Notes under the pieces: model-generated | What the model saw: only the letters and a program-made list of their open reading frames with translations | The model's database searches: none | Told to the model about the DNA's origin: nothing | Made by a program: the position numbers and the translations under genes | Assembly (NCBI GenBank): GCA_002269645.1 | Contig: NIVC01000291.1 | Span: 620,001 to 684,000, forward strand | Direction of reading: 5' to 3' | Origin: Macrostomum lignano | Taxonomy: Eukaryota | DNA length: 64,000 nt | Shown: one piece after another, positions 23,901-36,514 of the stretch | How the letters are laid out: every line of letters begins with the position of its first letter | How positions within the stretch are numbered: position 1 is the first letter of the stretch

Positions 23901-26900
23901 CCAGCAGGTTGACGGCCGTGGTGAACTCGTCCTCGCTCACGTCGTACAGCAGCTCATCGATCAGCAGGCGAGACAGCAGCTCCTCCTGTGGCGGCGTCAG
24001 CGCCAGGTGTGCCAACTTGGCGGTTAGAAAGCGCAGCGCTCTCTCCCGGGTCAGGTCGGAGGCCTCCTCGTGAGTCAGCTGGTTGAACAGCCCGGTGAGG
24101 GCCTCGGCCGGGTGTCCAGTCAAAGTCTGCGACAGAGCGTTGTTCACCAGGGGCTGCTCCTGGCGAGTTTTTCAGCGGGGTTGGGGATTTGGAAGATGTT
24201 GCAGCTGCTCCCAGCCCTGGATTCTGCATTAACTGCTGCTCCCAGCCCTGGATTCTGCATTAACTGCTGCTTCCAGCCCTGGATTCTGCATCAACTGCTG
24301 CTCCCAGCCCTGGATTCTGCATCAACTGCTGCTCCCAGCCCTGGATTCTGCATCAACTGCTGCTCCCAGCCCTGGATTCTGCATCAACTGCTGCTCCAAT
24401 CGCTGGATTCTGCATCAACTGCTGCTCCCAGCCCTGGATGCTGCATCAACCGCTGCTCCCAGCCCTGGATTCTGCATTAACTGATGCTCCCAGCCCTGGA
24501 TTCTGCATTAACTGCTGCTCCCAGCCCTGAGTTATGCATCAACCGCTGTTCCCAGGCTGGACTCTGCATCAACCGCTGCATTGATCAGCAACAGAAACTC
24601 AAACCAACCTGTGGATCGTCAGATTGCAGCATCTGGACGAGCAGGTCAGTAACCTTTGCAACGTACACTGGCACATCCTTGCACAGCTTAGGCAAGTCAC
24701 TAATCGCCTGCTTCCGAACATTCAAGTCGTCATCCTCAACAAGGTCAACCATGGCTTCGAATGCTGCCGGCTGGTCCTCCGGAAAGTCCTTGAACAGCCG
24801 GCCGACAAACTGGGAAGCGAGTCGCTTCGATCGGGAATCGGCGCTCTGACTGCGTGGAAGCTCCAAGATCTTCCTGAACAGGGCCGCGTTTTGCTGGCGC
24901 AGTGATTGGATGGAGTATTGAGTTTAATAGGGTGTCAGCATCATGCATGAGAGCACCTAGGCATGCCCAGCTAGTGCTGTTTCGGGTACCCAAACCAAAT
25001 TCCAAATTTCGGGTAATTTCATTAATTTTTTAGATCAAACCCAACATGGAACCCAAATTTCCATGGATGGAAAATGGGGAATATTTGGGTATGGTAAACC
25101 TACACCTAATCAATATCATATATTTTTAAGCATATATTAAACTTTTTTCTCAACTTCCTTACAAATACAGACAGCATTCAACAAAATTAAAGTGATAATA
25201 AGCAGGCCTTTTGTATTTCATTAAAAACTTTAGTTCCAATTTGTCTCATCTCAATACCCAATGAACTGAACTCGTTTTTTCCTTAATCCTTATTCTCATA
25301 AGACCTCCATCCATGGAGGCAGTTCAAGGCTATATTCATACTGCCATTGATCTGGTTCCAGTGTTAGCAAAGAAACAAATTTGAATGATTCAAGACCAAC
25401 CCCAATTTCAACTTCAATTTCAACCTAACTATATATAGCTTAAAGCCAACCAGCCAGGCATAGGGAAGGAGGGGTTTTAAGGTAGGGAGATTATTCATGG
25501 CGATTGAAATTATCAATCTAAACTTGGATTAAAGCATACAGACCTTTTCAAGATTAGGTGCATAAATTTGGTAATAGTCTAATTTGGTAACAGCCACTTT
25601 GGTAATAGCCATTTCAGTAACAGCCACTTTGGTAATAGCCATTTCAGTAACAGCCACCTTGGTAATAGCCATTTCAGTAACAGCCACTTTGATAACAAGT
25701 GAAAATAATGATATGTATTGATTGATATGCTCAAAAAGATTTTGCAAGCCAACTTTAAAGAAATAATGATGAAAAATAATTAAGACATTTTCTTGCAAAC
25801 TTCAAGATTTGGGTTGAAGCAGAAAATTATAGGCCTATGTATTTTAATCTAGATATATTTTTATTTTAATTTTTGGATGCGCCAAATGTATATACAAGCT
25901 AATACATCCTGTTGATGAAATATTGTGTATATTAGAATCTTTGAATTAGCAACTTCATTTATAGAAACAACTTTTTTATTTGTTTATATTATAATTACTT
26001 ACTTAAAATTTCCAATTTTCAACTTACATAATTTTCCTTGCCACCATGAAATTTTTAATAAATTTTATGCATAATTCCATAAATTTAAACAAATTATATT
26101 TTTATTTAGCTAGAAAATTGAACCAAACTTGGCAATAAAGTAGTTGAAATGAAATATTTATTATTAAACTAATTGTTGCCAAAGTCTTTTACCATAAAGA
26201 TATAGCATTAGTGTGCAGGGCCCCTCCCAATTCTTTTACAAAATTTATAATTGTATAACTCATTTTGAATGCATGCCGAATCTAGGAAAACATATTTGTT
26301 ATAATACATGTATTTTTTATAATATTTTATGCAAACTAATTTTTGTTTAAACTAGCAAAAATTTTTAGTATAAATAGAAGTGTTTTTGGCAGAGGAGAGG
26401 CCAACCTCGCACATTGCAGTTCCTTAAGAAAGAAAGCCAGTATTGAATAATAAGAGTTCTGAGTAAATGTTATTAAAGTATTGGAAAATTGTTTTCCAAG
26501 TTATTCATTTGCATAAGTAAAAGTGAAGTAGGTCAAAGCATATACAGTATATACTACTTAGAAGTAGAAGTAGTAAGAGACTACAAAGTAGATCCTAAAT
26601 CAATACATGTAAGAATAACTGGAGGCTGTGACCCTCTGATCTCAGTCATGTCCAGGACTGAAAATATATACAATATATACCAGTAAGCCAATATACCTCT
26701 CAGACCAAATTACTAGTAGAATGCAACTAGAATAAGAGTAAATGCTACCAGAAATACAAAAGAATGATACTCATAAGGGCTAGATAGTATTCTAAGAATA
26801 GTTCACAGATCAAATACTCTGACTTATACTTAGAATAAATACTCAGACTAATTCTAAGAAACATTTCTCAGAGTTACTTTAAGATTTTAAACTCATAATT

Positions 26901-29900
26901 TATCATACATGCGCAACTTTGGGATTCACTCGGCCGTTTCTATTGGCAACACACGCATGTAAGTCGCTATTGGACAGAACAGTAGTCACGTGACTGCTCT
27001 CAGCCAATAGCGACTTACATGCGTGTGTTGCCAATAGAAACGGCCGGGTGAATCCCAAGGTTGCGCCCAAGCATGTAATTTATTAATAGAATAGTCTTGG
27101 TGGCAGCTACCAATATTAAGACATTTATAAAGATAGAAGTTAAGCCCTATTATAACTTGGTGGCATTGGTAGAATAGCTAAGAGGGAAGCAAGACCCCTG
27201 TTACAACTTTGGTGACTCAGCAGTGGGATAATTTCAATGAAAGCAATCATGCCTATTATAACTTTGGTTGCAGCAGTAGAATAGTTACAGGGTGAGAACT
27301 AGTATACCTACGATATTAGTAGTTGTAAATCTGTTTTATTACCAAAATGGCTGTTACTGAAGCAGCTGTTACCAAAGTAGCTATTACTAAAGTCAATGGT
27401 CATTTTCAGTGATGGGCATAGCGGGCGCTAAATTTGAAATTTGCTATAGTGCCGCTACGATTTTTGAAATTCACTAATATTGCTAAATTGAATTTTGACT
27501 TAGCGTACGCTATAAAAGCGCTGCTACATTTCGTTCAAATTCGCTAAAAATTGAAATTCGCTAAATTTTAGGCAACAAATTTTCTTTTACATTGTTTTTT
27601 AGGGTTTTCAGTCTTCTAAACAATTTTGTTTTACTGATTTTAATTTTTAAAGTCTTTTTTTAACGTACGTAACGTAATGACAGTATTTAGAATTTACAAT
27701 CAAGTCATGTATACTGTACTCACTGATACTGTCATACTGATACTGATAGGGATAGAAATAAAATAAATTGATATTCAGTCATACTCATACATGCGCAACC
27801 TCCAAAATTCGGTCGGCCATGCGACTTAGTTTTAACAAAAATGCGACATAGTTTTTGGCCAAAAACGCAACTTACAAGTAAAAAAACCCTAAAGCAAAAT
27901 TAACGCAACTTTGGGTAAACGGCAGAAGTAACTATGACTGTCTTATTGAGCTAAAGTGCCTCATCAGCAACTTAGTACTACTATGGGTATTTTTTTGGGT
28001 GGGAATTTTTGCAACTTCCTTGGTTGGCCACCAAATCAGTCGGCTGGATCGGCCGACTTGGCCGACTGTTGCGCATGTATGGTCATACTCATAGTCATAG
28101 GACTCATAGATAGATCATAGACTGATGCTGATGCCTGATAGACGATAGTGATGACTGATGATTGATGAGTGATGAGTCTAACTTTTCTTTTTTGTTTTTG
28201 TTACTTGTCTCGTTTTTGCTGCTGTTGTTCTTGCTGTTTGTTTTTTGTCTGAATAATTATTTTATCTCCTAAATAAATCTTTAAATGTTTATTTTATTAT
28301 TCAATTTATTCAATTGATTCAATTGCAAGTGTCGTAATTACAATACAATTCTGTAAATCAGCAATTCAATCAATTCCGATAGTAGAATTTAAATAGTCAC
28401 GTCAATTACCAACACTGACTGCCAACTGGCGACAGTGACCGACTTGGCGACTGGCAGTGGCAACTTACTAAGTAAAGTTACTAAACTTACTATGGTACTA
28501 TTGTCTGTTAGTGTTAGTGTTAACTGTACCGGTTACCTTACCTTATCCTTTGGCTTTGTGCCATATAAGTACAACAAATTACTTTTTTCAATTTGACAAA
28601 TTTTTGACTAATTTGCGTTTTATTTTATTAAATGTAAAGTAAAATCTTTCTAATATTTATACTGCTCAAACTAAACAAAAGAAATGGTAAAAATGAATCT
28701 TTTTTTCATGTTTTTAGGAAATTTTGAATTTTAGTGAATTTCATATTTAGCGGCGCTAAATTCGCTAATTTTGAAACTAAAATAGTGGCCGCTACATAGC
28801 AGCGCAAACTTTTTTTAAAAATTTGATAGCGGAAATGCTATATAGCCATACATGCGCAACCTTGGGAATCACCCGGCCGTTTCTATTGGCAACACACACA
28901 TGTAAGTCGCTATTGGCTGAGAGCAGTCACATGACTACTATTCCGTCCAATAGCGACTTACATGTGTGTGTTGCCAATAGAAACGGCCGAGTGAATCCCA
29001 AGGTTGCGCCCAAGCATGTATATAGTGGCGCTACAAAAATATTTAGCGGTGCCTATCACTGGTCATTTTTTGTTACTATAGAAGTGGCAGTTACCAAAGT
29101 GGCTATTACCAAAATGGATTATATTTATAAATTCTGGATCTAGGATTTGAAAGATGTTAAGATGACCTAACTAAAAGGTCAATAGCCAACTACTGGGTAT
29201 ATATCAAGTCACTGGTCAGATTGTCATATTCCATTTCATCATATTGGATAACAAAGTGACCAGAAGCAAAGTAGCTTGAGAAAAAATATGACGAAGTGAC
29301 CAAATATTTACTTATGCTAAATACTTTGTCATCAACCAATCAATCTGTGTGTGATTCAAGTTAGTGTAAACTATTTTTGTTTAATAACTATAAGCTGTGG
29401 CAAGCAGAACCAATCGATTGACAGGTTTTATCAATTGAGATGACAAAATGACTGGGATCATTAGGATTCCAAGTAAATATGAGGGGTGTCCAAAAAGTAG
29501 TGATACTTTTAACCGTAGCTCTCATTCTATACCTTCCTGTGATTTAAAATTTTATGAACTGATAGCGGAAAGTCTCTTCTACAGACTGCTTTTTGAATAT
29601 TTAAAATTGATACTAGAGAACAAAAGTTATACCCACGAAAGTAACAGTACCTGTACCATAGAGTTACAAATTATATCGAAATTTATAATAGTTGACTTCT
29701 GCACTCATTCATTAAGAAGGCATCGATAAATGTCTTGTTTAAGCAATACCAAAGCCCAATTGCAAAATGATGCTCACTGTGACTGACTGAAATTTATCTA
29801 TGGACAGGATCAAGCGCAGAAAAATAAAGCAATAAATGCATTATTTTACTTGCAAACAGAGGAGCTTGCATTTTGCGATTCGTTCATGATTTCATTGCCC

Positions 29901-32900
29901 ATACTTGACAACACACATGAATGTGCACTCAGTTGTTGCTCAGCAAAGTACCATCTTCACTCTTTGGGGCGCTGGCCATGGTGCCTCAGAAATTCATGCA
30001 AAAAGTTGCTTTGTGCACGGATCCTCTGCGGTCAGCAAAATGACAGTTTATTGATAGATGGAGCAGTTCAGCGAGGGAAGGACTGACTTGGCAGATCAGC
30101 ATTGGACAGGGCGGCCATACATTCACCGACCTGATGTACTAGCGGACTCCATTCTGGATCTTCTTGACCATTAGAGAGATCGCTGACAGGTTGGACAAGC
30201 CGAAATCAACAATTCATTGAAGCTTACTCGCATGGATCTCGTGAAGCTCAGCCTATAATTTGTGTAACTCTATGGTACAGGTACTGTTACTTTCGTGGGT
30301 ATAACTTTTGTTCTCTAGTATCAATTTTAAAAATTTAAAAAGCAGTCTGTAGAAGAGATTTTCCACTATCAGTTCATAAAATTTTAAATCACAGGAAGGT
30401 ATAGAATGAGAGCTACGGTTAAAAGTATCACTACTTTTTGGACACCCCTCGTATGTTTGATTGCCACAATAATTCACTTGAAGTTGGAACTAATATGATT
30501 GGTAGATGACAAAATGACTCTCTTCAGGTAGTGCATGTTAATTAAGATGACAAAGTGACCATAGTCGAAGTGAGCACCCTAGACACCCAGATGACAAAAT
30601 GGCAGATGACAAAATGACTAAGAACCATATATCATGCTTAAGTGCAACTTAAGGATTCACACAGCCATTTATATTGGCAACACACACATGTAAGTCGCTA
30701 TTGGCTGAGAGCAGTCACGTGACTACTATTCCGTCCAATAGCGACTTACATGTGTGTGTTGCCAATAGAAACGGCCGAGTGAATCCCAAGGTTGCGCCCA
30801 AGCATGTATATAGTGGCGCTACAAAAATATTTAGCGGTGCCTATCACTGGTCATTTTTTGTTACTATAGAAGTGGCAGTTACCAAAGTGGCTATTACCAA
30901 AATGGATTATATTTATAAATTCTGGATCTAGGATTTGAAAGATGTTAAGATGACCTAACTAAAAGGTCAATAGCCAACTACTGGGTATATATCAAGTCAC
31001 TGGTCAGATTGTCATATTCCATTTCATCATATTGGATAACAAAGTGACCAGAAGCAAAGTAGCTTGAGAAAAAATATGACGAAGTGACCAAATATTTACT
31101 TATGCTAAATACTTTGTCATCAACCAATCAATCTGTGTGTGATTCAAGTTAGTGTAAACTATTTTTGTTTAATAACTATAAGCTGTGGCAAGCAGAACCA
31201 ATCGATTGACAGGTTTTATCAATTGAGATGACAAAATGACTGGGATCATTAGGATTCCAAGTAAATATGAGGGGTGTCCAAAAAGTAGTGATACTTTTAA
31301 CCGTAGCTCTCATTCTATACCTTCCTGTGATTTAAAATTTTATGAACTGATAGCGGAAAGTCTCTTCTACAGACTGCTTTTTGAATATTTAAAATTGATA
31401 CTAGAGAACAAAAGTTATACCCACGAAAGTAACAGTACCTGTACCATAGAGTTACAAATTATATCGAAATTTATAATAGTTGACTTCTGCACTCATTCAT
31501 TAAGAAGGCATCGATAAATGTCTTGTTTAAGCAATACCAAAGCCCAATTGCAAAATGATGCTCACTGTGACTGACTGAAATTTATCTATGGACAGGATCA
31601 AGCGCAGAAAAATAAAGCAATAAATGCATTATTTTACTTGCAAACAGAGGAGCTTGCATTTTGCGATTCGTTCATGATTTCATTGCCCATACTTGACAAC
31701 ACACATGAATGTGCACTCAGTTGTTGCTCAGCAAAGTACCATCTTCACTCTTTGGGGCGCTGGCCATGGTGCCTCAGAAATTCATGCAAAAAGTTGCTTT
31801 GTGCACGGATCCTCTGCGGTCAGCAAAATGACAGTTTATTGATAGATGGAGCAGTTCAGCGAGGGAAGGACTGACTTGGCAGATCAGCATTGGACAGGGC
31901 GGCCATACATTCACCGACCTGATGTACTAGCGGACTCCATTCTGGATCTTCTTGACCATTAGAGAGATCGCTGACAGGTTGGACAAGCCGAAATCAACAA
32001 TTCATTGAAGCTTACTCGCATGGATCTCGTGAAGCTCAGCCTATAATTTGTGTAACTCTATGGTACAGGTACTGTTACTTTCGTGGGTATAACTTTTGTT
32101 CTCTAGTATCAATTTTAAAAATTTAAAAAGCAGTCTGTAGAAGAGATTTTCCACTATCAGTTCATAAAATTTTAAATCACAGGAAGGTATAGAATGAGAG
32201 CTACGGTTAAAAGTATCACTACTTTTTGGACACCCCTCGTATGTTTGATTGCCACAATAATTCACTTGAAGTTGGAACTAATATGATTGGTAGATGACAA
32301 AATGACTCTCTTCAGGTAGTGCATGTTAATTAAGATGACAAAGTGACCATAGTCGAAGTGAGCACCCTAGACACCCAGATGACAAAATGGCAGATGACAA
32401 AATGACTAAGAACCATATATCATGCTTAAGTGCAACTTAAGGATTCACACAGCCATTTATATTGGCAACACACACATGTAAGTCGCTATTGGACAAAATA
32501 GTAATCATATGACTATTCTCAGCCAATAGCCTAGCAACTTACATGTATGTGTTGCCAATAGAAATGGCCAAGTGATTCCCAAGGTTGCGCATGTATGGTA
32601 GTAAATGAGGAGTTTTAAGTTTAAGATTTTTTATTTTATAGGGACTGATTTTTTAATAACCTAAACTTGAATAGAGGCATTGAGACCCATTCAATATTAG
32701 ATTAATTCTAACCCATATTATATAAATCGTGAATTAAAAACCAGTCTAGGGCCTATCAAAGCTCTTAATCACAAAAACTTTCATATAGCATTGCCATTGC
32801 ATACCAAGGGTGGAAAGCATCTCAAAAAAACAAATAACATGTTTTGCTCAGAACATAAAAAATTAAATGTATACATGATATATGCATACAAAACTTCATT

Positions 32901-33066
32901 AAACATAGGCCTAACCTCAGTAACCTGTGCTGGTCAATACTGAATTCTAACTTAAACTTAAACTGTTGTCACTTACCTCTGCATTATCACTGTTCTTCTT
33001 GTTCTCTGAAATTTTAGTCATTATATTGTAGAGTTCTTTTAAAACTTCATCAGCATCTGTTTCCAT
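20909..33066 (-). CDS. API5: Apoptosis inhibitor 5 (API5/AAC11) homolog, 6 exons, about 593 aa, with two apparent 1-nt deletions
   Basis: complement(join(32977..33066,24609..24893,23747..24159,21995..22148,21608..21919,20909..21434)). API5 motifs: KRLASQFVGRLFKDFP, DLVEDDDLNVRKQAISDLP, LVNNAL, RERALRFL, GRQRLVDAVCQQADL, EPELNFSQIECLLFAFHRL, QVYLRSLR and DLSRSPPSY. The frame must shift by one base near 23870-23885 and near 21648-21658. Confidence 0.9.
22482..23648. repeat. About 24-bp minisatellite (GAAGACACAGGAAATGACACAAGT)n, API5 intron 3
   Basis: About 48 copies, with 22- and 26-bp variants. Confidence 0.95.
24203..24545. repeat. About 31-bp minisatellite (CTGCTCCCAGCCCTGGATTCTGCATCAACTG)n, API5 intron 2
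   Basis: About 11 degenerate copies. Confidence 0.9.
25580..25695. repeat. 30-bp tandem repeat (TAACAGCCACTTTGGTAATAGCCATTTCAG)n
   Basis: About 3.5 copies. The reverse-complement motif recurs at about 27335-27395 and 29075-29115, suggesting subterminal repeats of an older TE. Confidence 0.8.
26904..27075. mobile_element. 172-bp palindromic hAT-like MITE
   Basis: Starts CATACATGCGCAAC and ends GTTGCGCCCAAGCATG. Almost fully self-complementary. Exact 8-bp TSD TAATTTAT (26896-26903, 27076-27083). Confidence 0.85.
27786..28081. mobile_element. 296-bp hAT-like MITE nested in the hAT element
   Basis: Perfect 14-bp TIR CATACATGCGCAAC/GTTGCGCATGTATG. Exact 8-bp TSD GTCATACT (27778-27785, 28082-28089). 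Confidence 0.85.
28847..29018. mobile_element. 172-bp palindromic MITE, second copy
   Basis: Same termini and length as 26904-27075. TSD TATATAGC/TATATAGT (one mismatch). Confidence 0.85.
29480..30451 (+). mobile_element. Internally deleted Tc1/mariner element, copy 1
   Basis: About 200-bp inverted termini beginning (C/T)GAGGGGTGTCCAAAAAG, flanked by TA (29478-29479, 30452-30453). Internal remnants read EQFSEGRTDLADQHWTGRP and IADRLDKPKSTIH, resembling the mariner N-terminal HTH region. Confidence 0.8.
30633..30806. mobile_element. Chimeric palindromic MITE at the duplication junction
   Basis: The left arm matches the 32421 copy (CATGCTTAAGTGCAACTTAAGG...). The centre and right arm match the 28847 copy. 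Confidence 0.8.
31268..32239 (+). mobile_element. Internally deleted Tc1/mariner element, copy 2 (duplicated)
   Basis: Same sequence as 29480-30451, shifted by 1788 bp. Confidence 0.8.
32421..32597. mobile_element. Diverged palindromic MITE, termini in opposite orientation
   Basis: Starts CATGCTTAAGTGCAAC and ends GTTGCGCATGTATG. More diverged, no clear TSD. Confidence 0.7.
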
Positions 33067-36001
33067 TTTGGAAATTTGAGGCACTTCACTTGATTTAAAA
33101 CTTTAAATAGCTACACGGTTTAGATTTGTTATATATCAATGTGTAGATCTTGCTTGAATGGAAATTTTATACGGACAATATTGACATTTCAGTGAGTGAT
33201 TCACCACAGTTTGGATTGTTAAGAAGAAAAGTTAAGAGATGTTTGAAAGTTCAACGGCCAATGAGCACGGTTTTAAAAAGGTGCGCCTGATATATTTTAC
33301 GCCGGGAAGAACAAAAAACGACTTCGATGATGCTAGTGGGGTATGGATGTTACATAAAGCAAACTTGTACTTTTGATATTATTAATCTTCATCCGATACT
33401 TTGCACTATATCTTAGCATTTATTTTAACATCAAGTCAGTCCGGCTTGGTAAAAAAATTAAAATTAATATTTCATTTTCAAATTAAATTGCTTGTATTTA
33501 CTTGCATCAGTCAGAACAGGAACTTTTTGCTATTGTTTTTAGCAGATCGTCTTGTTGCCGTTGGAACGATCAACGTCGGGCAAAAAGAAATATTTCAGTT
33601 TGCTTCTTTTTCGTGGATTTTAGCTTCTTACATCCAAGAGTTTTAATTCTTACTATTCTCAATGTAGGCGCTGTTGTTCACCACCACTGCCATCTACATG
33701 TACTCCAAAAAATCAATTCACTATAAAAGCTACGATAATGAGAAGAGATCTTGCAGAGCTGCTGCGCGAGAACGCGACATAAAACGTCGTTGCAGGCTTA
33801 TAATCAGATATGGAATATGGTACTCCTACTACATGTACATCATGATATGTAACATGTACATGTATGGCATGTGTGTCTCTTGACTGCGCGCTTATTGATG
33901 GAATGGTAGTTGCATGAGACACTGAGTCTAATACCTATAGAAGCTAGCGCCGTGAGACAAGTGGTCATTGTCTGCAGTTGCGCCAATAGGCGTCTTTGAT
34001 CAGTGCACTGCTCAAATGCTCTTTACGCATACATTGCATGTGCTCGTTACTACATGTAATCTTGATTGATCAAACGCAGTAAAATATTGTAAACATGGTT
34101 TTGGGTATTTGTCAGCAGCTATTTTATTCCCGAAAATGCTCGATTCCAAAGGGATCATGACAAATATAAACTTGCATATCTGTTTGTAATATAAATGACA
34201 GCTTAATGACAGCTATTGCACAAAAATAGCCGAAATGTACATCTAGCCGAGATGAAGCTGTGAGCCATATTTTCTTCAGAGACCTTCATAAAGACTCTAA
34301 GCGATATTAAGAAGTTACACGGCCAAAGAACTATGTAATTATTCATCAAAATCCTTAACGCAAAAACCCGGCATTATTCTTGCTCAGTCTCATTTTAAAG
34401 CCACAAATAATGAGTTTTCCAACTGCACTTTGTACGTTACACTATGCACATTTTGCGGCCTAATTTCATTTAGCAAGAGCTCGCAGTTCCTTGGCATTAC
34501 CTTGAATATCTGCAGTAGTGCGAGCTTCGAGTGTGCAGGGGCGTGCGCGATGCACGGGAATGGAAATGCATGTACTGATCGAGTACACTGTAGATGTGTT
34601 GTACTTCAGTATTGAACTAATTCTCCTTAAACTGGCTGTATGTCATGTACACTGTCGAAAACAGAGTTTAATCTTTTGATAACCACCTCAAAATTTCACA
34701 GGCTCGAAATCACCAAATACTCCCGAGCCAACCATTTCCACAGCTCAAAACTTCTTCATTTCGGCCATGTTGTGACGTTGTCAGTTTAAGGTGGTCCCGA
34801 AAAGGGCCGTTGGACTGCTGTTCTCCATAGTCATTCAACCCTTCAGTTTCACCGTTTCAACTAAACTTTTCCATTCGTTTATTGCGACGTTTACTTGTAG
34901 TAGTGCCCAACGATTTTGTGGCAATTTCTAATTCACTGTATATTTTGCTATCCTCTCTCGCGACCGTATAAAATTGGCACGATCGATAATTTTAAGTTCT
35001 CTCGCCAGCCAATGAAATCACTCGTGCTCGCGCTACCCCCCTCTGCGCTCTTTTATTAAACCCCCCGCCTGGCGGCAGCACTCCTCACTCCCTGCTTGTC
35101 CCTGTTCTTGTGTTCTGTGTTCTCTCTCCCTAGGCTTGTCCTCCGTCCGGTCTGGCTTGCCTAGCCTTGTTCCTTGTTTCCTTCCCTGCTGCCTCTTAGC
35201 TGTCTTATCTGTTTGTCTGGCTGCCTCGAGCCTCCTTATTTCTCACCACGGCCCCTCTGTCTGGGCCAGCCTGCTCACACACTTGCTTGACTGTCTCACG
35301 CCACGACCGACGCCAAACTCGCCACTACGTTTCACTGCCTTCACTGTGCTCATAGCCACTGCTCACGTCACGTCACCATTGTGTCATTCGCCTGCCACTT
35401 GACTTCATATCCAAATTATATTCAACCCATTGTTGCAGCCGCCAGTGCCCAGAAGGCTATAGTCTGTTTATTGCCAGTAACAACCAAACTTAATACTGAT
35501 ATTAACAATAAAGACAACTACGGCAGTTCCTGCCTTTATCGCCAAGTGCTCCGCTACAAAATCCGCTTTACAAGAATTGACTTCAACTTATTTTGGGACT
35601 AAAACGGCCCTTTTAAGGGTCATCGCATAGCTGGCCGCTACGCCAATAACGTGACAATGTCAAATTCCGAACTATGAGAGGAACCCGACCATGCAAGTCC
35701 TGGGCTCGCCCAAAACTATATTGTATTTTCAATGCTTTATAGGACATTGCACGCTTACATTTTCAGTTTATCTCATCCTGCAAAGGCAAAAATGCACTGC
35801 TCGATCACTCTCGCTAAAGGCTTCCCGGCTTGCCAATAGCATGCAGTCCGTTGTCTGCCTCTCATGACTTGCGTGACTGGCTTACAACTTATATTATTGT
35901 GTTGCTGGTGTTGCATAGCAGTCCAGATGAGTTCAACGCTGCGAGTCCGTGGTACTCAAATTTTATCAATTTAGCCAAGTCTCGACCAGCAATTAACTAT
36001 A

Positions 36002-36400
36002 AGACTGGTCCAGCCATTAGTTAAGTCTGGTCCAGCCATTAGTTAAGTCTGGTCCAGCCATTAGTTAAGTCTGGTCCAGCCATTAGTTAAGTCTGGTCCA
36101 GCCATTAGTTAAGTCTGGTCCAGCCATTAGTTAAGTCTGGTTCAACCATTAGTTAAGTCTGGTCCAGCCATTAGTTAAGTCTGGTTCAACAATTAGTTAA
36201 GTCTGGTTCAGCCATTATAGTTAAGTCTGGTTCAATCATTAGTTAAGTCTGGTCCAGCCATTAGTTAAGTCTGGTCCAGCAATTAGTTAAGTCTGGTCCA
36301 GCAATTAGTTAAGTCTGGTCCAGCAATTAGTTAAGTCTGGTCCAGCCATTAGTTAAGTCTGGTCCAGCCATTAGTTAAGTCTGGTCCAGCCATTAGCTGA
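36002..36400. repeat. 22-bp minisatellite (AAGTCTGGTCCAGCCATTAGTT)n upstream of NPF
   Basis: About 18 visible copies. Confidence 0.95.
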
Positions 36401-36514
36401 GTCTGGTGTAGCAATGGCGTCGCAATGTCGCAAACAGCTTCCAGATTGGAAAATTAAGGAAGCGAGCGAGGCTGAAAATGCTTTTCCCGTTATTAAATAT
36501 TTAACGAGAATTTC

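Larger units (their letters stand above)
27407..29061. mobile_element. Non-autonomous hAT element (1655 bp)
   Basis: TIRs CAGTGATGGGCA and TGCCTATCACTG. Exact 8-bp TSD GTCATTTT (27399-27406, 29062-29069). Subterminal GCGCTAAATT repeats. No transposase seen. Confidence 0.85.
28884..32492. repeat. 1788-bp direct tandem duplication
   Basis: 28884-30671 is repeated at 30672-32459. ORF pairs 29448/31236, 29850/31638 and 30253/32041 are all offset by 1788. Confidence 0.95.

Noticed and set aside
35066-35082. CCGCCTGGCGGCAG resembling a CTCF motif
   Set aside because: It is a single short match in GC-rich sequence with no supporting context.
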